Notes under the pieces: model-generated
Seen by the model: the letters and a program-made list of their open reading frames with translations, nothing else
Told to the model about the DNA's origin: nothing
Database searches by the model: none
In this document: piece by piece, positions 23,643 through 36,104 of the stretch
Numbering within the stretch: the stretch's first letter is position 1
Layout: the number at the start of each line of letters is the position of its first letter
Translations under genes and position numbers: made by a program
NCBI RefSeq assembly: GCF_902713615.1
Contig: NC_052162.1
Span: forward strand, 19,650,182 to 19,714,181
Length of the DNA stretch: 64,000 bases
Source of the DNA: Scyliorhinus canicula
Lineage: Eukaryota
Reading direction: 5' to 3'

Positions 23643-26600
23643 AGAACAAAGAAGAAAAGAACAAAGAAAATTACAGCACAGGAACAGGTCCTTTGCCCCT
23701 CCAAGCCTGCACCGACCATATCTGACCTAAAACCCCCTACCCCTCCGGGGACCATATCCCTCTATTCCCATCTTATTCATTTATTTGTCAAGATGCCCCT
23801 TAAAAGTCACTATCAGATCTGTTTCCACTACCTCCCCCAGCAGCGAGTTCCAGGCACCCACTACCCTCTGTGTAAAAAACGTGCCTCGTACATCTCCTTT
23901 AAACCTTGCCCCTCGCACCCTGAAACCTATGCCCCCTAGGAATTGACTCTTCCACCCTGGGAAAAAGCTTCTGACTATCCACTCTGTCCATGCCCCTCAT
24001 AATCTTGTAGACTTCTATCAGGTCGCCCCTCAACCTCCGTCATTCCAGTGAGAACAAACCAAGCTTCTCCAACCTCTTCTCATAGCTAATGCCCTCCATA
24101 CCAGACACATGCTGGTAAATCTTTTCTGCACACTCTCTAAAGCCTCCACATCCTTCTGGTAGTGTGGCGACCAGAATTGAACACTTTATTCTAAGTGCGG
24201 CCTTACTAAGGTTCTATAAAGCTGCAACATGACTTGCCAATTTTTAAACACACTGTCCCGGCCAATGAAGGTAAGCATGCCGAATGCCTTCTTGACTACC
24301 TTCTCCACTTTGGTTGCCTCTTTCAGTGACCTGCGAACTTGTACACCCAGATCCCTCTGCCTATTACTATTCTTAAGGGATCTGCCATTTACTATATGTT
24401 TCCCATCTTTAATAGACCTTCCAAAATGCATTACCTCACATTTGTCCGGATTGGCAGCACGGTAGCATGGTGGTTAGCATAAATGCTTCACAGCTCCAGG
24501 GTCCCAGGTTCGGTTCCCGGCTGGGTCACTGTCTGTGCGGAGTCTGCACGTCCTCCCCGTGTGTGCGTGGGTTTCCTCCGGGTGCTCCAGTTTCCTCCCA
24601 CAGTCCAAAGATGTGCGGGTTAGGTGGATTGGCCATGCTAAATTGCCTGTAGTGTCCTAAAAAAGTAAGGTTGGGGGGGGGGGGGGGGTTGTTGGGTTGC
24701 GGGTATAGGGTGGATACGTGGGTTTGAGTAGGGTGATCATTGCTCGGCACAACATTGAGGGCTGAAGGGCCTGTTCTGTGCTGTACTGTTCTATGTTCTA
24801 TGAACTCCATCTGCCATCTCTCTGCCCAAGTCTCTAACTGATCTATATCCTGCTGTATCCTCTGATGATTCTCATCGCTATCGCAATTCCACCAACCTTT
24901 GTGTCGTCCGCAAACTTACTCATCAAACCAGATACATTTTCGTCCAAATCATTTATATATAACACAAACAGCAAGAGTTCCAGCACTGATCCCTGAGGAA
25001 TGCCACTAGTCACAGCCCCCCATTCACAAATGCACCCTTCCACTGCTACTCTCTGTCTTCTATGTCCAAGCCAGTTCTGTATCCATCTTGCCAACTCACC
25101 TCTGATCCCGTGCAACTTCACCTTCTGTACCAGTCTGCCTTGATTGACCTTGCCAAAGGCCTTACTGAAGTCCACGTAGACAACATCCACTGCCCTACCC
25201 TCATCAATCATCTTTGTCACTTCCTCGAAAAACATCGATCAAGTTATTGAGACACAACCTCCCCTTCACAAAACCATGTTGCCTCTCGCTAATAGGTCCA
25301 CATATTTCCAAGTGGGAGTAAATCCTGTCTTGAAGAATCCTCTCCAATAATTTCCCTCCCACTGACATCAGGCTCACTGGCCTGTAATTTCCTGGAATAT
25401 CTTTGCTACCCCTCTTAAACAAAGGAACAACATTGGCTATTCTCCAATCGTCTGGGACCTCCCTTGTAGCCAGTGAGGATACAAAGATTTCTCTCAAGGC
25501 CCCAGCAATTTCCTCCCTTGCCTCGCTCAGTATTCTGGGGTATATCCCATCAGGCCCTCGGGACTTGTCTACCTTAATGTTTTTCAAGACCCCTTATACC
25601 TCCTCCTTTTTGATCTCAACATGATCCAAACTATCTATACTCCCTTCCCCAGGCTCATAATCTACTGAGTCCTTCACTTTGGTGAATACTGAAGCAAAGG
25701 ACTCTTAATACATTGGTCATTTCCTCTGGCTCCACGCATAGATTCCCTCCCCTGTCCTTGTGTGGGCCATCCCTCTCCCTGGCTATCCTCTTGCCCTTTA
25801 TATATATATAAAAGCCGTGAGATTTTCCTTAATCCTGCTGGCCAGTGACTTTTTGTGACACCTCTTAGCCCTCCTGATTCCTTGCTTAACGTCCGTTCTA
25901 TTTTTCTTGGATTCCACACTTGCTTTGTCTGTTCCCACCCTCCGAGCCGTGATAAATGCTTCCTTTTTGTTTTTGACTAGGCTCACAATATCTCTCATTA
26001 TCCAAGGTTCCCGAAACTTGCCATACTTATCCTTCATCCATATAGGAATGTGTTGATCCTGAATTCCTATCAATTTACACTTGAAAGCTCCCACATGCCA
26101 GATGTTGATTTGCCCTCAAACATCTGCCCTCCCATTTACATTCTTCAGTTCCTGCCTAAAATTGTTGTAATTAGCCTTCCCCCAATTGAGCACCTTCACC
26201 TGAGGACTACACTTATCTTTATCCATCAGTACCTTAAAGCTTACTGAATTGTGGTCACTGTTCCCAAACTGCTCCCCTGCTGAAACGTTGACCACCTGGC
26301 CGGGCTCATTCCCCAATACCAGGTCCAGTACAGCCCCTTCCCAAGTTGGGCTATCTGCAAACTGTCTCAAGAATCTCTCCTGGATGCTCCTTACAAACTC
26401 TGCCCCGTCCAGGCCCCTAGCACTAAGTGAGACCCAGTCATATAGGGGAAGTTAAAACCGCCCACCGCAACAACCCTGTTACTTTTATACCTTGCCAAAA
26501 TCTGCATACATATCTGTACCTCTATCTCCCACTGGCTGTTGGGAGGCCTATTGTAAATCCCAAACATTCTGACTACATCCTTCCTATTCCTGGCTCTAAC

Positions 26601-28080
26601 CCATATTGCCTCGCTGTACGAGCCCTCCGAGGTGTCCTCCCGCAGTACAGCTGTGATATTCTCCTTAACCAGTCATGCAACTCCACCAGCCCTTTTACAT
26701 CCCCCTCTATCCCGCCTAAAACACCTGTATACTGGACTGTTAAGCTGCCAATCCTGTCCTTCCCTGAACCAACAACATCATAGTTCCAAGTATTAATGCA
26801 AGCTCTAAGATCATCTGCCTTAACTGTTACATTTCTCGCATTGAAACAAATACCCTTCAGTCCACTAGACCCTCTTTGATCAGCAACCATACCCTGCCTG
26901 CTCTTCCTCTGAGTCTTGCTGCCCTACTGTCGAGTTCCCCTTCAGTTAATTCACCCTTTGCTTTGGTTCTCAACCCCCTGCCAAACTAATTTAAATCCTC
27001 CCGTGTGACACGAGCAAACCTCCAATTTAGATGCAATGTATTCTTCTTGTACAGGTCGCACCTGCCCCGGAAGAGATGCCAATGATTCAGATATCTGAAA
27101 CCCTCCCTCCTACATCAGCTGCTCAGCTACGTGTTGAGCTGCTCTATTTTCCTATTTCTAGCCTCACTGGCACGTGGCACAGGGAGTATCCTGAGATTGC
27201 AACCCGAGAGATCCTGCTTTTTAACTTTCTCCCAAACTACCTAAACTGCTGCGCAGGACCTCATCACTCTTCCTGCCTATGTCGTTAGTACTAATATGTA
27301 CCACAACCTCAGGCTATTCACCGTCTCCCTTCAGAATGCTTTCTGCCATTCAGAGACATCCTGGACCCTGGCACCAGGGAGGCAACACACCACCTGGAGT
27401 CTCTTCCACGACCACAGAAGCACCTATCTGTGCCCTTTACTATAGAGTCTCCTATAACTATTGCTCTAGTGCCTTTTGACCCACCCTCCTTAACAACAGC
27501 AGCCAGCCGTGATGTCACTGTTCAGGCTGGTGATGTTGTTTACTCCTGATACGCCATTCCCCCCCCCCCCCCCCCCCCCAACCACCAACAGTATCCAAAA
27601 TGGTATACCTGTTAGAGAGGACAACCACACTGGGGACAACCTGTACTGCTGCCTGCCCCTTCTAGCGGTCACCCATCTATCTGCCTGGACCTTTGTGTCA
27701 CCACATCACGAAAACTCCTGTCTATGATGCTTTCCGCTACCTTCATGCTCCTGAGTGCATCCAACTGCAGCTCCAACCAATCCATGCGGTCTGTGAGGAG
27801 GTGCAGTTGGGTGCACGTCCTGCAGATGCACTTGTCCGAGACACTGGAAGCGTCACGGATCTCCCACATCTCACAAGAGCAGCACCTTAACCCCACTGAC
27901 CGACATTTCTATCCCCAATTAAATTATTTAAGAAAATATATTGAACTCTTACCTTCCCTTATCGCTGCAGATACTGGAGGTAGGTCCTTTAAATCACTTA
28001 CCTTCCCAGGATGCTCTCTGGATCTCCTCCTGCACATTAACAGTTACAGAGCAAGAAGAAAGAAAACAAAATAAAAAGGG
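23643..28080 (-). mobile_element. Near full-length CR1 LINE (ORF1 zinc finger + SGNH esterase; ORF2 EN-RT), decayed
   Basis: CCSCEMW...CRTC; IVIGDSIVKG; GICFNAR; LDLVL...GNSDHN; VDFSKAF; KFADDTK; TTCTTTG tail. Confidence 0.95.
24453..24802 (+). mobile_element. HE1-like V-SINE inside CR1
   Basis: Full head, core and tail; CR1 continues on both sides. Confidence 0.92.
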
Positions 28081-28194
28081 AAAAAGCAACTCCTCTCAAT
28101 CTGCACCGAGTTACAACACTGCTTCAAATGACCAGGTTTCAATCCCCACTCTTGATGCCTCGCTCAGGCTATCTCCAACGTCATGTGTACAGAG

Positions 28195-29320
28195 GTTTCA
28201 CCAGTGACCCTATCAGCTAGCCCACTGCACAGGACTACCTGCTGTCTCCAAGCGCTGCCTGCCTATTTCTAACCTGCTCCCATCCATCCATCCCTCAGAC
28301 ATGTTGTCACAGCCAGGACCCACATCACCACTGTAGCTAAGCACCCAAGCAGCATCACCCCCATCTGCAGGACCTGCCCACATACGCCTACAAGCATGGA
28401 GACAATTGGTGGTGTACCATCATGACCCTCTTCCACCGCACAACCAGGTGCCACCCTCTGGCGGGATAACATATGGCTCACCCAATGAGGACACCCACAG
28501 TAGACCCCACCGGGGAGACAGAACAGGGGCTACAGGGCCCATCGTTACACCAGTTGCGGGCAGTCACCGGTGCCCCTGGTTTACAGGGATGGGTGAGGAG
28601 GGCAGAGGCTTCCCACATCACAGTGTCACTCACTGATGGGGGACAGGGGGGCAGTGTGGAAGGCCACATATCAGGGGGAATGGCTGAGGGGTGGGGATGG
28701 GTTTGGGGGGATGCATGTGGAGGAATTTCAGAGTGCAGCCAGGAATGCTCGCTATCTACCTGGCAGCAGCTGCCATTGCGGACACATGGAGGCTGCAGGC
28801 ATAAGGCCTGCTCGGGGAGGACCCTGCACAAGAGCAGCCTCCCCAGAAGAGCAGGGGGCAGTCGCTGAGGTCCGGCCTTCCATCAGGCCGAGATGAAGGT
28901 GCGAAGAAGACACTGCATCAGCGCCTGTCCTTCGAGGAGATGCCAGATCGTCTGTGCCGCCAAAGATTAGGCAAACTGGGGGAGACCACGTGCCAACCTA
29001 TGCCAGATGGTGATGTACCCTGGCACCGCGGAGATATGGAGGTGGAAACCAAACTCCCGATGCTCCTCAAGGTGACAATCGGCCTGAACCCTCTATGCCT
29101 CTGGGTCCTTTCAGAGGCTGAGCAGGGACCTGTCTGGAATCTCGCTGACATCTGTGTACAGGAGCATCCATGCTGTGATAGATGCCCATGCACCTGAGCA
29201 ACGGATGATATAAAATTCAATATGGACCAATCCCACAGGATGCGCGGGCAGCAGGATTTGCTGCCATCACCTGCATGCCCCAGGTTCAGGAGGTGATCAC
29301 ATTTACCTGCTCATCGGTGG
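28195..29320 (+). mobile_element. Harbinger leader and transposase N-terminal remnant
   Basis: Aligns with 18240-19450; RLSFEEMPDRLCRQRL, LKVTIGLN, GFAAITCMPQVQ. Confidence 0.85.
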
Positions 29321-29331
29321 GGGGGGGGGGG

Positions 29332-29433
29332 NNNNNNNNNNNNNNNNNNNNNNNNNNNNNNNNNNNNNNNNNNNNNNNNNNNNNNNNNNNNNNNNNNNNN
29401 NNNNNNNNNNNNNNNNNNNNNNNNNNNNNNNNN
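29332..29433. other. Assembly gap (102 N) between G and C homopolymers
   Basis: N run. Confidence 0.99.
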
Positions 29434-29454
29434 CCCCCCCCCCCCCCCCCCCCC

Positions 29455-32422
29455 GGAAGACTGCGCACAATCACTGGGAACTGGCAGAGACAGGACAGGG
29501 ACCACCAGATCTGCAGCCCCTCACTGTGCCCGAGCAGAGGGTCCTGGACGTGGCTGGAGGAAAGGGAGGTCACCGGGATGGAGGTCGCTGGGGTGGAGGT
29601 CGGCCCGGGCGAGGAAGTGAGATCCCGCAGAGTTGCAGTTCCCCATGACACATGTCAACCGCTCCCACCAACACCACCCCCCCCCACCACCGTCACACCT
29701 ACACCACCCTAACCCCCACACCACCTCACCCCTACCCCAACCTCACCCCATCCCAACCTCATCCCCACACCACCCTCACCCCAACCCACCCCCACAGCAC
29801 CCTCACCCCCACACCACCCTCACACCACCCTAACCCCCACGCCAGCCTCACCCCCACACCACCCTCACCCTCAAACCACCCTAACCCCCACACCAGCCTC
29901 ACCCCCACACCACCCTCACACCACCCTAACCCCCACCCCAACCCACCCCCACACCACCCTCACCCCCACACCACCCTCACCCCAACCCACCCCCACACCA
30001 CCCTCACCCTCACACCACCCTAACCCCCACACCAGCCTCACCCCCACACCACCCTCACCCCTACACCACCCTCACCCCCACACCAGCCTCACCCGCACAC
30101 CACCCTCACCCCTACACCACCCTCACCCCCACACCAGCCTCATCCCCACACCACCCTAACCCCCACACCACCCCCCACCACCCTCACCCCCACACCACCC
30201 TCACCCCAACCCACCCCCACACCACCCTCACCCTCACCCCACCCTAACCCCCACACCAGCCTCACCCCCACACCACCCTCACCCCTACACCACCCTCACC
30301 CCCACACCACCCTCACCCCTACCCCAACCTCACCCCATCCCAACCTCATCCCCACACCACCCTAACCCCCACATCACCCCCACACCACCCTAACCCCTAC
30401 CCCAACCTCACCCCCACACCACCCCTCACCCCTACACCACCCCTACACCACCCTCACCCCTACACCACCCTCACCCCAACCCACCCCCACACCACCCTCA
30501 CCCCAATCCACCCCCACACCACCCTCACCCCCACACCACCCTCACCCCAACCAACCCCCACCCCCACACCACCCTCACCCCCACACCACCCTCACCCCAA
30601 CCAACCCCCACCCCCACACCACCCTCACCCCCACACCACCCTCACCCCAACCAACCCCCACCCCCACACCACCCTCACCCTCAAACCACCCTAACCCCCA
30701 CACCAGCCTCACCCCCACACCACCCTCACCCCAACCCACCCCCACACCACCCTCACCCCAACCAACCCCCACCCCCACACCACCCTCACCCCCACACCAC
30801 CCTCACCCCCACCAACCCCCACCCCAACACCACCCTCACCCCAACCCACCCCCACACCACCCTCACCCCAACCAACCCCCACCCCCACACCACCCTCACC
30901 CCCACACCACCCTCACCCCCACACCACCCCCACCCCCACACCACCCTCACGCCCACGCCCACCACCCACCCCGGTCTAATCATGCATTTTGTCTTGTGTC
31001 TTCCAGGACCTGCTGGAGATCGGTGAGGTCCACCCGGTATCCCCCCCCCCCCCCCACCCAGTCACTGCGACAGCTGGAGCCCCCCCCCCCCCTCCGGGAG
31101 CTGAGCAGTGACGCTGAGGGCAGCTCGGACACCAGCCCTCCGCCAAGACTTAGATCACCCCGGAGCTCAAGGCAGAGGATGACGGTGACATCCCCTCACA
31201 GCGTCTCCAACACCCTCCACCATCCCAGAGACACTCACCTCGGTTGGGCACTTTAGCGAAGAAGCTCCTGGGGCACAATCTGGTGCGCACTGCACAGCTG
31301 ACCCTGTACATCAGGTGGAGGTAGGAGCACCCAACATTGGGCAGGCCAATTTCAGGGACTAGTTGCCCTCCAGATGGGTCTCGGGCTTCTGGAACAGACA
31401 GTCCCATCGATGGTGGAGATGCAGTTGCAGAACCAGGGGCTACATGAGGGGTTGACGGCGAGCATTCAGCACCTGAAGGTGCTGTTGGAGGATTCCAAAC
31501 GCGTACAGGAGCAGGTGTTGGTACCGACCATGTGTGCCACCTTGGCCAACACCGCACGGGTGGCGTCTGCGATGGAAGCATGGCGGGGGGGGGGGGGGGG
31601 GGGGGACGGTTTCGGCTATGGATCGGCCAAAGGCCTGGGTCATTCTGTGCAGGCGCTGGCCGAAGCCCAGGACAGGGTAGCCGCCTCACAAGCGACCATG
31701 TCCCAGAGCCACCTGGAAATCACAGCGGCGCTCCAGAGCATGGCCCAGTCACAGCAGGCCATGGGTGGGAACGTCGTCGGCATTGCCCAGGCACTGGCCA
31801 ACGTGGCACAGACACAGAGGGAGGTGAACCAGTACCAGAGGAAGATGGTGTAGTCACTGGCTGATGTGACACAAACCCAGAAGGTGGTGGCACAGTGAAT
31901 GGGTGATGTGTCGCAGTCCCAGTCAGAGATGCTCCACTCCACTCACTGTGCTCCATGGCCGCTAACGTTCAAACCCTGGTCGAGACCAGAGCAGGCCTCT
32001 AGGATTGGCAGTACCAGGTGGTGGAGGAGCCTCAGGGAGTAGCTCCCCTCGCGCCCCAATCCTATGCAGTAGCCCGGGGGGCCATCGGGCACCCCGAGGG
32101 AGGAGGAGGTGATGGGGGCCATTCCGGTGACTCCTGCAGAGGAGGTGCCGAAACACCGCATCACCTTAGACTCCCCTCCCCCACTCCTGTCCCTGATGCA
32201 TCTGGTGGGCAGTGTGGAGAGCAGGATGGCACCACCAGCCGGGACACCCAAGCAGGAGCTGGGCCCATCCAGGCCCGGTCACCCCAGAAGACACCCGCCA
32301 ACGGGAACCCAGGTAGCAGGGCAGGAATCACAGCAGGCCACCTACACTCCTGCTGTACCATCTGGGAGCCACCTAGCCATAGTGTTAGAGCCTGTAAGGC
32401 CAGAAAAGTAGATACCAGTTAA
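29455..32422 (+). pseudogene. Harbinger Myb/SANT gene exons 2-3 with long heptad-repeat region
   Basis: Exon 2 KTAHNHWELAETGQGPPDLQ..., donor GTGAGA at 29617, branch TCTAAT and acceptor tcttccag at 31006, heptad ORF 31374-31853, C-terminus RACKARKVDTS*. Confidence 0.8.
29670..30970. repeat. C-rich minisatellite (about 16-mer CCCCACACCACCCTCA with CCCTAA variants)
   Basis: Directly visible tandem array of about 1.3 kb. Confidence 0.95.
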
Positions 32423-32684
32423 GTTGGCATGGGTGCAGGCCACAGTTTAGTTATAGGGGCTATGCCACAAACCTAATGTTCACATTAAACAACTGTTACC
32501 ATTGTTGCAACCTGCCTTGGTGCTCTGTCAGATGGGTGTGAGGGGCGGGCTAGTCTGGGCTAGCCCGGGAGGGGAGGGGAGTTGGGGGGTGGTGTGGAAT
32601 GGGCGGACGTTGGGGAGGGTTATAGATAGACCATAATAAAAGGGAGAGGGAGAAGTTGCGTCCCCTAAACCCCCATAAAGAGAG

Positions 32685-33291
32685 GGATGGATGTCGCACA
32701 TGTCCAAGGGATGATTGACGGGATGCATGTCCCTATGAGCCCCTGCAGATGCCATCCGCTCTACACCAACTGAAAGGGTTCCACTCGATGAACGTGCAAC
32801 TGATTTGTGACCATCTGCCATGCATCATTAACCTCCATGCCCGATACCCGGCAGTGTGCACAATGCCTTCATCCTGGCACACTTGCTGATTACTGACATG
32901 TTCGAGACGCCCCCAGCTGGGGGGGTTGGCTCCTGGGTGGCAGGGGGTATCCGCTGAGGCCACAGACTGACACACAGATAACAACACGATTGAGTGATGA
33001 TTTGGCTCCCTGAAGATGCGGGTCAGGTGCCTGGACCACTGTGGAGTGGCCCTCCAGTATGATGCTGAGGGGGTCACCCGCATTGTGGCGGCCTGCTGCG
33101 TCCTCCCAAACACCGCGCAGCAGAGGGGCTATGTACTGTAGCAGGAGGCGGAACACCAGACCTCGTCCGACGAGGATGATGCGGAGGAGTGGGCAGAACA
33201 TGGGGCCCAAGCAGGCACAGGAGATTGCACAACGTGTGTGCCCGGGCCAACGTGCATGGGGCGCTCTGATCGTCTCTAGGTTCACCAACTA
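32685..33291 (+). pseudogene. HARBI1-like transposase C-terminal remnant
   Basis: VQGMIDGMHVP...KGFHSMNVQLICD...ARYPGSVHNAFIL...GWLLGGRGYPL...FGSLKMRVRCLD...IVAACCVLPN. Confidence 0.9.
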
Positions 33292-33769
33292 GGAGTGGGG
33301 CTAGAGGGAGGGGTCTAGCCAGGGACAAGGACAGTGTATCCCAACCCTACACTCCCTCATTCCTCCCCCTCCATGGCCAACTCCTGCCTGCAACCCCCTC
33401 CGTGGTACATACCTGCTGCACGAGAGGGTGTGGGACCTGGTAACAGTGGGTCTGGTCCATGGGATGGAGGAACATAAACATAGAACGATACAGCGCAGTA
33501 CAGGCCCTTCGGCCCTCGATGTTGCACCGACAGGATGGTGACAACCCGCTCTGTGATGAGCTCTGGTGCTCCGCATCGTTTGACAACGTCTGACACCTGG
33601 CCACGGTGGCGCTTTCCACTGTCCACCTGGGTGATCCCTGCATGTGAGCTGCCCATTCCTTCACACGGTGCCTTCGGATCCCTGGGTGGCGGTTTTGGGG
33701 AGGGTCGGGGTGGTGGGGAGAAGGGGGGAGCCCGGGCCACCCACAGGACCTGCCCATTCCGGCCCCCCT

Positions 33770-34290
33770 CCCCCTCGGTCAGCCCAGACCAGCCCACCCC
33801 TCACACCCATCAGACAGAGCACCGAGGCAGGTTGTAACAGTGGTAACAGGTGTTTAATGTGAACAAATATATACAGGTTTGTGCCCCAGCCCCTATAATT
33901 AAACTGTGCCCTGCACCCATGCCAACCTAACTCGTGTCTACTTTTCTGGCCTTACAGGCCCTAAAACTACGTCTGGGTGGATCCCTATATGGTGCAGCAG
34001 GAGTGGAGGTGGTCTGCCGTGACTCCTACCCTGCGACTAGGGTCCCCATTGGTGGGCGTCTAATGGGGCGACCATGCCTGGATGGGCCCGGCTGCCGCTT
34101 GGGTGACCCAGGTGGCATAATGCCACCCTGTTCTGCCCGCTGCCCTCCAGATGCAACAGGGATATGGGGGGTGAGGGGGGGGGGGGGCGGAGTCCGAGGT
34201 GCTGCGGTGTTCCGGCACTTTCCCTGTGGGATTCACTGGCCCCATCACCTCCTCCTCCCTCGGGGTGCCCGATGGCCCCTGGGCTACTGC
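33770..34290 (-). mobile_element. Harbinger Myb gene 3' end and UTR (second copy, inverted relative to 32060-32580)
   Basis: Encodes RACKARKVDTS*; UTR aligns with 32402-32570. Confidence 0.88.
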
Positions 34291-34299
34291 ATGGTAAAC

Positions 34300-34425
34300 A
34301 TTGCCGACACCTCTGAAAATTAGAACTCCCTCAGTACTGCACTGGATCCTGAGCTCAGGTCCTGGAGGAGAACTTGAACCTACAGAATCTGACTCGAGAA
34401 GCACATCTAATACCAACTGAATGAC
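34300..34425 (-). mobile_element. SacSINE1/DeuSINE-like head fragment
   Basis: GAGTCAGA...GGTTCAAGT...CCAGTGCAGTACTGAGGGAGT. Confidence 0.6.
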
Positions 34426-35339
34426 TGAGATTGACTGCGAGATTGCAGCTCCTGCAGCTCCCAGTTACACTCCTACCAGGTTTCCATTGGCTGTTCTGCC
34501 ATTGATCTGCTGGAAGCTTAAATGTAGAATGTTAGCTGCACAATCAAAGCCCCTTTCCACTCAATCCCTATCCGCATTGTTAGACGGCCATTCCGAGAGG
34601 AAAAAGTGCATTTGATCAGGAATTTAACTGTGAGGTTATAAAAGCAGGGCCAAGTGGCCTAAAATACCCCATTACAGTGGTACCAATTTTCTTCCACTTC
34701 TGGACTTGTGCCTTTATTCATAGATTGGATCCAGACGGTGAATACAAATGCTGGCGCGCAATTCATGCAAGAATAATTATCTTAGCCGTGAACCTTACAG
34801 TGTCATAGCGGGCGTGTGGTGGCAAAATCATGCGAGGAGACGTTGGGGTGGGGGTTGGGGTGGGTTGAGGGGGTCAGGGGTGGGTGGCGGCGTCCCAATG
34901 TCATTGTGCCATCGTGAGATATTACTGTCGGCAGATGTTGGAAGCGCGTCTGCCGACAATTGAAGGAGAAATTAGGCCAATTAAAAAGGCAATTTCCCCG
35001 GATCTTACGTGGCCCATGCGATTTCACGCTTGCCAAATGGGCCACTTGGACTTGGTCGCCATCATCTTTTTAATTAAAACTCGATCCAGGGTGGAATGAA
35101 ATGTGACCAGGATCTTGTCAAGTTGAATAAGTAGGAGATTGGCTGGGAGTTTATTGGAAGTGGTTTTCAGGGAGTTCACTGCATTTTCTCTGTGTTCCGA
35201 CAGACTCTTTGATTTACAGCATTTTCAGAAATGTTCTGTTGCCTTCAGTGCGCTCTCCTCAGCCGTCTATATTTCAGCAAAGGGGGATTGTCTATTCTGC
35301 TGGAGCGACCTTCTCAGAAGATGAGAGGGCTAGAAGGGA

Positions 35340-35620
35340 GAGGGGGGTCATGTGCTCGTAGACACCGCCCAAGACTGCGACCTGTGGAAAGAGAGGCTGC
35401 TGGAGGAGGTGCAGAACCAGAGTGAGGCAGACGGATCAGCAGAAGGAGCCATTCTCCAGCAGCCAGTCCATGCTTCCTGGACTTGTCTGAGGCCCAATAT
35501 GGAAGGAGGCTCTGCCTCTTCAGGGACACTGTGTCCTCCATTTGCCAGATGACTGGCCCAGTGTTTGCCGATGACTGTGGCTCTTAAAGTTACAGTGGCC
35601 CTAATTTCTTTGCCTCAGAT
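35340..35620 (+). pseudogene. Older HARBI1-like transposase fragment
   Basis: FLDLSEAQYGRRLCLFRDTVSSICQM...VALKVTVAL. Confidence 0.7.
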
Positions 35621-36104
35621 ACTTTACATTTGCCTGTTCAGGTTTCCCTGCCTGGACCGATTGGGAAAGCACTTCAATATCCTCCAGCAATGGGTGGGGA
35701 ATATCAGTGTCCATCACCCAGAGAGGCTCGGTACCACCACTACTGACCGAGCTGTCCGAGTCCTAAAGGACATAACTGCTAGACTGGGTCTGCAATAAGG
35801 GGTGAGGGAACCAACAAGAGGGAAAAACATACTAGTCATTGTGGTGATCCACTGTGTAATTGTGTGTGTGCCTGTATTAGGGTATGTACAGTAGTATCTA
35901 TACTACAGGTTCACCGGTAGCCCCTGCCGGATAGCTCCGCCCACAAGGAGCCGTATAAATATGCATGAGTTCTCCTGATCAGCCATTCTACCAGCTGCAG
36001 TCGGAGGACAAACATCTAACTGTAATAAAGCCTCTATTGTACCAATTCGAGTCTTTAGTACGATTGATAGCGCATCAATTTATTACAGTTAGATTTTCCG
36101 CATC

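Noticed and set aside
29633-30983. Pro/His/Thr- and Gly/Val/Trp-rich ORFs
   Set aside because: Translations of an intronic minisatellite
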